From: Felis catus
Taxonomy: Eukaryota
Assembly: GCF_018350175.1 (NCBI RefSeq)
Contig: NC_058376.1
Location: 134,106,001-134,170,000 of the forward strand
Reading direction: 5' to 3'
DNA: 64,000 nucleotides
Both the position numbers and the translations under genes were made by a program. Below, piece after piece: positions 12,938 through 24,304 of the stretch. The notes under the pieces were generated by a model, which was given only the letters and a program-made list of their open reading frames with translations, was not told where the DNA came from and ran no database searches. Position 1 is the stretch's first letter. Each line of letters begins with the position of its first letter.

Positions 12938-14022
12938 TACCATTATTTTCTTAATACCAACCACTGCAGGACACAAAGCTAAATGCTAATAAATGAGTCG
13001 GATCATAAGAAGGAATAATGGATGCAATAAATAAGCAAATAGCTAAAATACAAGGTGCTTACAGGGACACAAAGGGGAAAACATATCCTATCCGAGCCTG
13101 AGAATAGCTTCCTGGAGGAGGCAGAAGGTATGCTGGGAATCTCGGGAGGGGATGGATACATACAAGGGTCATGGAGCCATTCTAGCTAGCTTGAAAGCTT
13201 ACAAGTTTTCAGCCTGGGGAAAGCCACATACCCTTAATCTGTCTGCACTGAAAAAGAATGAAGAAAGATAACCTGCTTTGCCTACCTCATAGCTTGTTGT
13301 AAGGACCAAATTAATAAGCACATTGAAGTGCTTGGGAACCGTGAAGAGTATGATCCTATTATTACAGTTTACAGCCCTATTATTTCAGTCTGTTCAAATG
13401 AGAAATCTTTTCACAGTAAAGCCTACATCTGATATAAAACAATTAAAGCTCAGTGTCTTATCCTCTAGTTTCAAAGTGTATTCTCAGTTGAGCAATCTCC
13501 ACTGGGATTTAGGGAGAGCAGTGGGACAAAGTGCTTTTCTGAAGCTGGCAATGAACTTGGGGGGCTCAGAGTTCCTTGTTTATTTTTATTTTATTGAGTC
13601 TGTCAGCAACACTCAACACTACTGTCACAAGGAGCTGGGCTATGGGAAAATGTACTTTCATGCCTCAAATCTCATCCTTCTACTAGTTCGCTTCACAGAG
13701 ACTCGTGTGGTTATATATTTACTCTGATCTACTTGAACTGGGAATGATTCTAGTATTTCTAAGTGTTTCATTGTTAATAATAAATAGAAAAAATTTAAGC
13801 ACTCTGATGTCTGGATTTTTAGAGGATATGGGCAGGGTACTAGCATCATCTTTCCCTCTTTTTCTTCCCCCTCAGTGTAAATGGCCGCCTATATTACTTT
13901 ATAATTGACATTACTACACTGAAAAGTCTGTCCACTTGTGGATATCTGTGCTGTATATAAACTTGCTGTGTTGCATTCTTTTTTTTTTATTTGAACCTCT
14001 GTAGCACTGGATTGGATCTTTA

Positions 14023-14214
14023 AAATATTTTTTTTTACGTTTATTTATTTTGAAAGAGGGGCAGTGAGAGAGGGAGGGAGAGAGAATCCCAAGCAGGCTC
14101 CATACTGTCAGTGCAGAGCCCAACGTGGGGCTCGAACTCATGAACTATGAGATTATGACCAGAGCCGAAATCAAGAGTTGCATGCTTAACTGACTGAGCC
14201 ACCCAGGTGTCCCC
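14023..14214 (-). mobile_element. Can-SINE
   Basis: SINE body with the TSD tggattgga(t/c)ctt. Confidence 0.93.
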
Positions 14215-16341
14215 TGGATTGGACCTTATTAGATCATTGTAAGTCAGTGCTTTGTGGCCATAGGAGCTCTGGCTGAGTGGGTCATTAGAGATAATTTAAT
14301 TCAATCCCTATTGGGAAGACCAAGACAGCAAGCACGAATTTCCCCAAATCACAGGGATAGCTGTTGGCAGAGTCAAGATTTGACCCCGTATCCTGATTCC
14401 TAATTCAGTCTCCTTGCTCCATAACTAAAATTATCACCTTGCTGGGTTAGCCATGTGAAAGCCCCTTAATACTATACAGCCTTCTTTATCTTTCCTATAG
14501 ATATCATCATTCTACAAACTTGCTCTCAACAGCCTTTTAAACATGACTCCTTCCTCCTGACCAATTTCTTCTGTCTCAGAAATACCAATTTAAGGTCCTA
14601 CATTTTTGGCCATTATCTTGATAATGTTTTTACTTAGTAAGACTCTGAATGTACAAGTGGGGAATGGAATACTTACGGTTTTTTTTTTTTAAAGATACTT
14701 ATGCTATTATTTTTTTCTCTTAATCCTTAGAGAGAATATATTTTAAAGCTTATAGAATTGGCTTCATTATACTCGTATATTATGTATAATACCTTTGAGA
14801 TAAAAAGTACTCTATTAAAATCACAGATTCCATTAATAACACTGATTGATTTATTGTATAGAATTCTGGAACAAGAAGAGTGGATGATTCATAGCAAGAT
14901 CAACCATATTTAACTAGGGAAAAATTACTAAGATCAATAGGTTTAGATAACATATTCACTTCTCCCTTCAGTAAAACCAAATAAATCATATAAGTAGAGA
15001 ATTCAAAGAGTTATTTTAGCAGTGTTTTCCCCACTCTGTATGTTTCTAAGAATTCCTAATGCTGAACTGATAGAGCTTACCTTAAGTTTATAGACCAAAA
15101 CTCATATACCTCATTGACCAGCAACCTCATTCTTTACTCATTTTATAGATATTTCATAATTATGGGTATTTATATAGAAAAATACGTAAAAATATGGAAA
15201 TTCTGATTTTATAGTCAGACTCCTGAGCCTTACCAGAAAAAGAAAATATATATATATGTATGCTATCTTAAGTATCAGAGAAATGATGGATTATATTTCT
15301 GACACTTAATGAAATTTTGCATAGGAGAAATGATACCAAATTGCATATTTTTATAGAAAAATATATATAGACACAAGAAAATAAAATCTTTTAAATCTAT
15401 CAAAGGATAAATAGAGGTCATACTCAAATGTTGAAGTCAACAGCCCAGGAGAAAGCAGAAATCCTTTAGAATTAAAATTTACGTTAAACTTGGAGGCCCA
15501 AGTCGATCAGACAGAGCTTTGGCAATGGATCCACAGACAGACTGACTCAAAGACAGTTCGACAACTGCCAACATGACTGTTGGGAATTCTGCCAAAGAGC
15601 CAAAGGCTGGGATTACCACCCAATGCCTGGCATTCTCATACTCGTGTTTGAAGCTCTCTCTCTGATACTTCATCCAATATTTTTGTTTGNNNNNNNNNNN
15701 NNNNNNNNNNNNNNNNNNNNNNNNNNNNNNNNNNNNNNNNNNNNNNNNNNNNNNNNNNNNNNNNNNNNNNNNNNNNNNNNNNNNNNNNNNNNNNNNNNNN
15801 NNNNNNNNNNNNNNNNNNNNNAGTTCAAATAGAGAAATCAGCATTAAAGTCTGTTTAAGCCTTTATTTTATTAGGTTACTCTTCACCCAAAAAATACAAA
15901 ATACATATTCATAATATGGAATGATTTCATTGTATCATAAACTCTTACAGAAATAGTGCTTTCGATAGCTCTAATGAACACATGGCCTCTGAGGCTCTAT
16001 CTCAGTCCCTGTGAGGAGTACCCATGATAATGAAGTGTGGCTATAAGGAGAAGTAGTTGCTCAACTATTCTTTGAGTTGTGAGGAAGGAGGAGGGCAGAA
16101 CAACCTTCTGAGGGACAAGAGATAGGTGTTCCAGTTTCTCAGGGCAACGTCCACTTAATTTACCTGCTAAGTTGCTAGCCAGTGAGATACGTGAGTTTTG
16201 CCTACAACTCTAGACACATTCTTTCATTAGGCAGTTCCTCTGTCATTAGACAAATTCCCCATTAGCAATTCTTGGAGCTGTACTGAGAAACCAATTTTTC
16301 ACCCAACTTAAAATTGTGCATACTCTATTTGGAAATCTTAC

Positions 16342-16448
16342 CTTTGGATCTCGAAGGAACAGAGCCTTAAGAATCAGTGAGTGTACATCCCCAATTAGTG
16401 GGTAATGCATCAGAAGGCCAAGACAGGTCTGGTAGTTACTAGAGATCA
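16342..16448 (-). CDS. TBC1D5: TBC1D5 next coding exon (107 nt, phase 1 in, phase 0 out)
   Basis: The minus strand reads tttttcctcctatttag|TG ATC TCT AGT...GAT CCA AAG|gtaaga. It encodes (L)ISSNYQTCLGLLMHYPLIGDVHSLILKALFLRDPK, the direct continuation of the previous exon. The split codon T+TG gives Leu. Corresponds to ORF 16246..16449. Confidence 0.97.
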
Positions 16449-18259
16449 CTAAATAGGAGGAAAAAAAAAGTTCAGAAGCAATACTGTTTAAGATGTTTGC
16501 ATTACTTGAGAGTAAAAAAATAACAACTTAGATTCAAAGAAAGCAAACCAATAACTCAATTAATTTGATAAAAGGAAATGGGGAAAGGGATCTTTACCAA
16601 ATGGCCTTTGAAGCAGCACACTGTACTGTTAACTGCAATCTAATATCTAGTACTTATCCTCAGGGGGTGTTGGAAGAAGAGCCTCAGATATCGAGATGTG
16701 TACGTTTGCAATATAAATAAACTCTTAGAAGCATGCATATTTATTGCCATTTATATGTCTGTGTTTAAATGTCTCTAGTTTTGCTGCTTAGAAATTAGTA
16801 ACAAAAATCTTATGAATGGGAAAGAACCAGTTTAAAATTATCATAAAATAATATTTACCTTAATTATGTTCCATAAGTTACATATGTTACATTTATTCTT
16901 TTATATATGAATATTACATAATTCAAAGTTTTAAAAAATCTAATTTCTTTCAATTATTTTTTTCTAAAGGTAACGAGAAAATTAGGTAGAGTATCTATGC
17001 AGCATTTCTTGGAGGAAAAATGTCAAAATCTTCATAGATAAGCCTAACTGTGTTCCTTAGACTGTCATTTAATTTTTTTTCCCAAATCAACCTAATTATG
17101 GGCGCAATTATTAAACACATCTTTTCAAGCAGGTCTATGTAAACTACTTCATTTCTTGGCAATCCATCTGCCACTGCTGTCACAGTCTTGCCCATTAATG
17201 ACGCTTGTTTTGTAAGCCACACTGACTGCCTCCACAGCATTGATTGTGAAGAAACTTTACAGTTACAACTTCCTGTTGTTGCAACTGAATCCTTTTCATT
17301 AATCAGAACAAACAGTTGAAAAATATTCCATAGGAAAACAACTGTGATTCAATAGAAACAACATAAATCACAAAATAAACAATTGTTTGTGATCAGAAAT
17401 ACCCTCGATTCTTAGATTTTTTTTTCTTCTTTTGTTGGAAGCAACATTTTTTGCAACAGCTTCTCACCCCCTCCCCCTTCCCATGAACATTATGGGGAAA
17501 GGAGACAGGACTGGGCAAAATGAATAATTATAATCTATGTAAGGAACCACTTTATCATCTTCATTTCCGTTGCTGATCTGACAGCTTGTAATTTCATACA
17601 TCTGCTTTCATTTGTAAAGCACTCACTTATCCTACCCTTTCTGTATCTGTTCAGACTACTCTCTCCTTATTCGTTCATTTTGTCATATTCACATTCAGTT
17701 ACCTGTTACCCTTTTTTTCTCTAGAATTCAAAAAGCTAGCAGGCTGGGAACAGTATAATGCTTCCATGTAGTTTTTTCTTTGAGATCTAACAAATGAATA
17801 AAACTTAGATAATCAATTCATACTTACCCAAATACTATAATGATTATATACTAGTATATAATCACCCGGAAAGAATTTTTGTATATTTTGTAAGAGAGGC
17901 AGGAGGGTTTTGTGGGAATGGTTCTGGGCTCGGGACTCAAAGATGTGGGTTTGAATTCTGGGACACCATATGAACCTTTCATAAAGTTGCCTTAAGATTA
18001 AAGGACATACTGTATGGCTGATTTATAGCAGCTGCTCAAAACCTGTTGGTAACCTCTCCGAGCTTAAACTCAGTCATTTGGAATACAACTTCCTGTTAAA
18101 AAAAATTATCTGCCTGCTTTATTCAATCCAATAGTTATTTGTTGAGTACCTAACCCATGACAAGCCCCATGTTGGGCGGGGAGGCAGAAATAAACAAAAC
18201 ACAGTCCTTACTCTGTAGAAATTAAAGCGAAGAAGGGCAGGTGTGTAACAAGAAGCAGT

Positions 18260-18515
18260 TATTATTATGACTACCACTAAGATGACAAAAAATTATCGAA
18301 GGCTTTCTGAGACCAGGCCCTATGCTAAGAATTTTCCCTACATTATCTCATTTAATTTCTATGACTATCTTCTTATAAGGGTATAGTTATCATCCCTGTT
18401 TACAGATGAGAAAACTAATACTTTGAAAGGCTGAATCATTTGCCCAAATCACACAGTGAGTTGGTAGCGGTGCAAGAGAAATTCAGAAATCTAGCTACAG
18501 GCTCTGCGCTCTAAT
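18260..18515 (-). mobile_element. MIR
   Basis: ccaggccctatgctaag...cattatctcatttaat...tttacagatgagaaaact...tttgcccaaatcacacag. Confidence 0.8.
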
Positions 18516-19010
18516 ACATGGCTTTGTTTTGAAAAGGCAGTTGTTTTAAAATTCAGATGCCATAATGAATGCAATAGTCACCGCAAACAGAAAAGCCAGT
18601 TAGTATTACTACCCTTGTTGTAGCAGTTTTAAGCAGCCTGGATGGTCAGCATAACCCTGTCTCTAGAATGGCCTGATATAGACAGGCACTTATTTGGAGG
18701 GACAAGGGCAACAGTCCTGTTATTACAACTTGAAAGAACTTTTGAAGCTGTCAGAAGCTGTAAAACACCTAAGGGAAGCCAACTAATGCGTTAATAATAT
18801 CCTACTTGCAGAGTGAAAGAAGGAGCTAACATTCTTTCTCTCATTTCTCCCTTTCATCCACCCAGACACTGAATGTGATGAACATTTCCTGAGCATCTAC
18901 TATATCCCGGACACACAGAGACCGCTAGGCACTGGCACTAGGGATATAATTGCAAATGAATCTGAGCTCTGAAGGGTAGCAGAACATGCCAGCTGAAATA
19001 CTGCTGTAGA

Positions 19011-19101
19011 GTGCTCACTTCGGCAGTACATGTGCTAAAACTGGAACGATACAGAGTCAGCGTGGTCCCTGAGCAAGGGTGACGTGCAAATTTGTGAAGT
19101 G
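19011..19101 (+). pseudogene. RNU6: U6 snRNA retropseudogene, 3'-truncated, no poly(A)
   Basis: gtgctcacttcggcagtacatgtgctaaaactggaacgatacagag-tcagcgtggtccctgagcaagggtgacgtgcaaatttgtgaagtg matches U6 nt 1 to about 95, with substitutions and a 4-nt deletion after ACAGAG. It is flanked by the direct repeat gaaatactgct. Confidence 0.93.
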
Positions 19102-19110
19102 AAATACTGC

Positions 19111-19703
19111 TATGGGAGTTCAGGACATGCCACCCCCAAATATGTCCCTTTGGTATACTGATTATTTTGAGCTATAGGCACTTGAAAAACAACAAAAACA
19201 GAGTGAGGCTTTCTTTGAACTCCCCTTATCTGCCTAAAGATAAATCCTCCAAAAGGAAGTCAATGGTCATAAATTCCCCCAGGACAAACTTTGTCACAAA
19301 CTCATACCTCTCATCTATTCTTCTAAGGGTCCACTGTCTTTCCTAAAAATCATTTATTTTCCTCTATGAGATCTACATCCTCTCTCCCCTTTCTTTATTA
19401 AGACAGTATTTAATCCTAAATTCTAAAGCCGTATCTTTGAGATTTGCTCATTATTCCCTGAGTACCAAATACAAATGAGACACACATTTTTATATACATG
19501 TCAATATGTATTAATTATATAATTATAAATATTTTATTAAGATTAAAATAATATTAAAATATATGACTATATAATTAACACATATATAATTATATAATAA
19601 GATAGATGTTAATAAACTTCTGTTTTTCTCATTAATATGCTTTTTGTTAAAGAATGCAGCTGAAAACCTAAATGAGCGTAGGTAAAGTTTTACCTCCCCT
19701 ATA
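19111..19703 (+). mobile_element. ERV1-class solo LTR (MER34/MER39-like) with an internal AT-rich insert at about 19490-19605
   Basis: Starts tatgggagttcaggacatgccacccccaaatatgtccctttggtatactgattattttgagct. It has an aataaa signal and ends ttttacctcccctata. Confidence 0.8.
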
Positions 19704-20139
19704 GCCCACTGTCTTCAGATAATACTATATCTATTAATGAAAACTTGTACGTTTAGAGCACTTTTAATTTGCAATTGCATACGCGAAGCGTTAAGTCCAT
19801 TTTGAATTGCCGTGCCCAATTAAGAGTAGGCAGGAGAGAATAACACAAGCTGGTTTACAAACAAAATAGCAGGGATCTGATCGAATAAGAATTTAGTTTT
19901 GATCTTTACAGCAGATTGTTGGTGCACGTGAGGAACTCATCTGCAGTGCTGTTCCTTCTCTAGTGCTTATTCTATCAGAGCAGGGCAGTGACACAGGAAA
20001 ACAAGTAAAAAGGCTGATTTTTGCTATCTCCCTGCATTTGAAACCAAGTACGTATATGCTTTCAAAACAAAGTACCGAAGCTGCACACCCTGAAGAGCTC
20101 ACTCGGAGACGATGGACACAAATGTAAGTGGTACCTAGG

Positions 20140-20312
20140 AAAACAGACTGGATTTGGAATCGGATGATCTAAGTTAGAATCTGGATTAGATCTACTTCAG
20201 AATGCTCGCTTACTCCGTGTGTCACCTAGGCAAGGTGCTTAACTTCATGAGCTTTATTTCTCCCATTTATAAAACAGATAATGATGCTTACACTACGCGC
20301 AGGGTTCCTATA
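20140..20312 (+). mobile_element. MIR
   Basis: tgtgtcacctaggcaaggtgcttaacttcatgagctttatttctcccatttataaaacagataat. Confidence 0.75.
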
Positions 20313-20749
20313 AGGGTGGCACAGATGCAAGGTAGTGTGTTTCCCATCTTGTTTAATTCTTGCTGAATGGCACTCCCTCCGCACGAAGCAGAGCTGACTT
20401 CTCTGTCTCTACCTCTACATGGCACACGACTGTTCTGGAGGTGTCTAAGGGAGCTGGTTTAAATAGTTTCTCCAGTAATAAGAAAACAAAAAAATAATGA
20501 AATCAGTAAAGATAATCAGAGGATGATACTGTTTTGAGAAAGCCTAAGGCAATATGGTTAAATAACTTACATATAATTCAAAGTTAACTGTACCTACAAG
20601 TGTAAAACTCGCAAATAAAACACTTTATTCTAATTAATTTTATATTTAGATATACTTACTTTCTCAAGTTGACAAAATGGACTGGGAATAACTACCAAAG
20701 AACACAAAACTAAATGTAGACTTCCTTTAATTTCTCTACAATTAAAAAA

Positions 20750-20975
20750 GTAATAGCTATCACTTATTAAGCATCTATAATGTGCCTGGCAACTTGCCAT
20801 ACATTATACAAATATCCTGTGAGTCCTGCTAATCCCTACTAAGGAACCTGTGGTCATCAACTCCACATTGTGGATCAGGAGACAGCAGTGCAGAGAGGAT
20901 AAACAACACATTCAAGGCCACCGGGCTCCTGAACGGCAGAGACAGCGCTGATTGAACCCAGGTCTGTGTAGCTGA
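20750..20975 (-). mobile_element. MIR
   Basis: aatagctatcacttattaagcatctataatgtgcctggca...gcagagaggataaacaac...ttgaacccaggtctgt. Confidence 0.75.
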
Positions 20976-21930
20976 CAGCCTCATTCTCCATTGCTATTAT
21001 CTTACACATTGCTGCACTCCTAGCAGAAAATGTCACGACAGGAGTATCCATGTACAGAGGTCAAGTTCAGACACAGGGCAGATGGCTTCTGAACACCAAC
21101 TATGTTGTGAGCGACAGAGAAGCCTCAAAGATACACTGAAATAAAGGTCTCCGTATATAAGGGCAAGTATAGTAAATATTTAGAAATAGGCATAATTTTG
21201 TAGTTAGCTATAAAGAGGTATATAAATCAAATAATCATGGATTAAATGTAAAATAAAAATAATTAGCTAACAAGAATAACAAAAAAGAAAACCTCAAGGC
21301 TTTAAAATAATTTATTCTACCTCTACACTGAAAACAAAGCCAACGTGTATTTTAAGTCTCGCAAGTTACCCGGCATGCAGAAGACAGTCAATAAATGCTA
21401 TGTGCTCTGAAAAAATACTTGTCGAAGACCTAATACATGAAGGAAAAAAGAAATAATTTTTGCATTTGTTCTCTTCCACTATTTAAAACCCTTACTATTT
21501 TGGCTTTCCCAGTTATAAAATGGCAACATATAAGACTGGATTTCAGATGGACCAAAAAACCAGGTTGGGGCAGGGAGTAATCGTGAATAAAATCAACGAA
21601 ACTGATTCTTTTCAGTCTTGGAGAAAGCCAAATATAAAACAGAGTAATATCCTTCTCCATACAAAGTGACTTTCACCCAGGGTTTATGATCCTCCTAAGA
21701 CTGTGTCCTTCTGGGTCTTCTTCCCTGGTTGCCGCTGTGACCACTGCCGCCCTTAGCGCCGTCAATCACTGCAACATCCACCCTCAAAACCCAAGATGGA
21801 CACACACTCTTCTGTAAGCAATGGGATGCTCTTTATTTCTCTAGTAGATTTTGCTCAGAAATATGAGAATTTTAAATTAGATTTTTGGAAAGAGGAGAAT
21901 CTCAAATTCAGAGTAGCCTACTCTTTAGAA

Positions 21931-22065
21931 ATTTTTATTTTTTTTATTTTTTATTTTTTTAAGAGTTTACTTTTAAGTACTCTCTACACCCAACGTGGGT
22001 CTCAAACTCACAACCCCAAGATCAAGAGTTGAATGCTGTACTGACTGAAGCAGCCAAGGCACTCC
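21931..22065 (-). mobile_element. Short tRNA-Lys-like carnivore SINE (no CT region)
   Basis: A T tail is followed by ctctacacccaacgtgggtctcaaactcacaaccccaagatcaagagttgaatgctgtactgactgaagcagccaaggcactcc. Confidence 0.8.
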
Positions 22066-22105
22066 CAGAAAAAAAAAAAAAACAACTTTAAAAAGTGGTC
22101 TTCTT

Positions 22106-22294
22106 GGGGCGCCTGGGTGGCTCAGTCAGTTAAGTGTCTGACTTTGGCTCAGGTCATGATCTCCTGGTTCGTGGGTTTGAGCTCCGCATCGGGCTCTATG
22201 CTGACAGCTCAGCATTTGGATTCCTCTCTGCCCCTCCCTTGCTTGCGCTCTCTCTCTCTCAAAAATAAACATTTAAAAAATAAAAATAAAAAAT
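22106..22294 (+). mobile_element. Can-SINE
   Basis: Has a ggggcgcctgggtggctcag head. The TSD is aaaagtggtcttctt / aaaagtgctcctctt. Confidence 0.94.
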
Positions 22295-22329
22295 AAAAGT
22301 GCTCCTCTTATTGCTTCACTTTATAACGA

Positions 22330-22537
22330 TTTTTTAAATGTTTATTTTTTGAGAGAGAGAGAGAGAGCGAGCGAGCATGCAAGAGCAGGGAGGGGCAGAG
22401 AGAGAGGGAGAGAGAGAATCTCAAGCAGGCTCCTCACTGTCAGCACGGAACTCAATGTGGGGCTCACATCCACGAACTGATCATGACCTGAGCTGAAACC
22501 AATAGTCATATGTTCAACTGAGCTACCCAGGCGCTCC
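22330..22537 (-). mobile_element. Can-SINE
   Basis: Has a tail and (GA)n, and ends ...ttcaactgagctacccaggcgctcc. Confidence 0.92.
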
Positions 22538-22699
22538 AAGCTTAATACGCTTTAAACAGAATTTATTTTAATCAGAGATCAAACAACCTAAGAGATCTCT
22601 ACTCAAGACTTTATACCTTTCAACATACAGTGTTGTCAAATGAAAGGTAGTAAGTAAACAAGTATCTGAGTAGAGAATTGGCAGTGGGTAGGGTGTGAG

Positions 22700-23090
22700 T
22701 ATAGTTATGATACACTGTATTGCTCAGCTGTAATAACATTTGCCTCTGGTTAAAGTTGATTTAACCAAAATTATGGTATAATGTCATAGGGGTAGGGAGA
22801 TAAGGAATGCATTTGTGATGTGGGGGCTGGCAGGGGTTGGCCTTCAGTGCTAAGGATGAGTTAAAGCTTCATTTTCTTGAATGAGAAGTCAGTAGACAAC
22901 ATTTAAAGTGAGAGTTAGTAACATTAGGATTTTTTTTTTTTTTCTTCACAATATGGAAGGCAAATGTTTTTTTGGTCAACTAAAAGAAAGCACATGGGCC
23001 TGGGGACTGGGAGCAAGTGTTAATTTTGTAACCAGCCTTATAGAATGATTTGACTTTTTAAAGTATGTACATGTATAACTTCCATAAAAA
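22700..23090 (+). mobile_element. HAL1 (half-L1) 3' end
   Basis: gctcagctgtaataacattt...ttgatttaaccaaaattatggtataa...gaagtcagtagacaac...atttgactttttaaagtatgtacatgtataacttccataaaaa matches the HAL1 3' end as I recall it. Confidence 0.65.
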
Positions 23091-23120
23091 TCAGACCTCT
23101 GTTTAAAACTTCCACAAAGA

Positions 23121-23305
23121 GGGGCACCTGGCTTACTCAGCTGGTCCAACTCTTGATTTCTGCTCAGGTCATGATCCTGTGGAATCTAGCCCTGCATTGG
23201 GCTCCACACTGGGCATGAAGCTTGCTTGGGATTCTCTCTCTTCCTCTCTCTCTGCCCCTCCCCTGCTCTCTCTCTCTCTCTTCCTCTAAAATAAAAAAAA
23301 ATAAT
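23121..23305 (+). mobile_element. Can-SINE (older)
   Basis: Has a ggggcacctggct head, (CT)n and an A-rich tail. Confidence 0.88.
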
Positions 23306-23599
23306 ATATAATGAACCTTTTCAATTTAGAGACTCATGCTTAATAAGCCTGATTTGTAGTTTTTGCCTCTCAATTTTGATCCAAATGAAGGAAAACCATA
23401 GGTCAGGTTTTTAATCAATTATTTGTTAATCTGAATACAGGTATATAGATATAGGTACGTTTTATTTCATTGCTTCATGATTTTTAATTCCTTACTCAAA
23501 AACACAGATGTGTCAGTAGAAATGGTGGAGGTACAGAAGGTATTTGAGAAATGTTGACATTATCTCTTTCTTTTGTTGCCCTTCATGATTCACTTATTT

Positions 23600-24130
23600 A
23601 ACTAGCATTTATTAAATACCTGTTTTGTTCCATACATTGAGTTAAGTGTTACGGACATGACGAGAAATAAGATACAATCTCAGCTTTGTCTTGATAGCAT
23701 GGTGGAAGACAAGCATAAGACTGACTGCAACATAGGAGGCAGCTGGTAACAATGGCACATGCGAAGGGCTGGGACAGCTCCCAGGGTGGAAGGCCTCAAA
23801 GGCAGAGAGGACCAGCCAGCAAATTGAAGTCCACAGAGCAGGACACTGAGCTGCCCGATGGCGGAGTGCTGCAGAGAAATGGAGGCATGGAAGCAAGTGG
23901 CAGTCTTAGCCTGTACGCAGGGGATGGAGTTCAGATTTCACTCTGTGTTCGTTAACCCTCACGGAAGGACTGAAATAATGTAATCACATTTGGTTTTAGA
24001 AAGATTAATGCCAGCACAGAGTGATCAGTGGAGGGAGGAAAAGAGGGACAAGATGCAGGGGGTCAGCTCCAGTTCCTGGTAATACTACAGAGGGGAGAAG
24101 ATGAATACTTGAAGTAGGAAAGGGGCAGAG
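23600..24130 (-). mobile_element. L2 3' fragment
   Basis: agcatttattaaatacctg...gatttcactctg...catttggttttagaaagattaatg. Confidence 0.55.
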
Positions 24131-24304
24131 GAGTACCATGGGCAGAAATTGCTGGAAAAATGCGATTTTTGTATGCAGCTAAATTTGGGCAATGTATGCA
24201 TATGACAGAGCAGACAGTAAGAAATTATCAAGAAAAATGTTAACGAATTTACATAATAAGGTTACTTCAAAAATACAGTGACTTTTAATTATTTGTAGAA
24301 AGTA

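Noticed and set aside
16995-17240. 81-aa minus-strand ORF near the 107-nt exon
   Set aside because: It has no resemblance to TBC1D5 or any protein I recognise, and no convincing splice sites. The two real exons already join in frame without it.
19011-19101. Functional U6 snRNA gene
   Set aside because: The ACAGAGA box is damaged by a deletion, the 3' end and T-run terminator are missing, no upstream TATA/PSE is evident, and it is flanked by a TSD.
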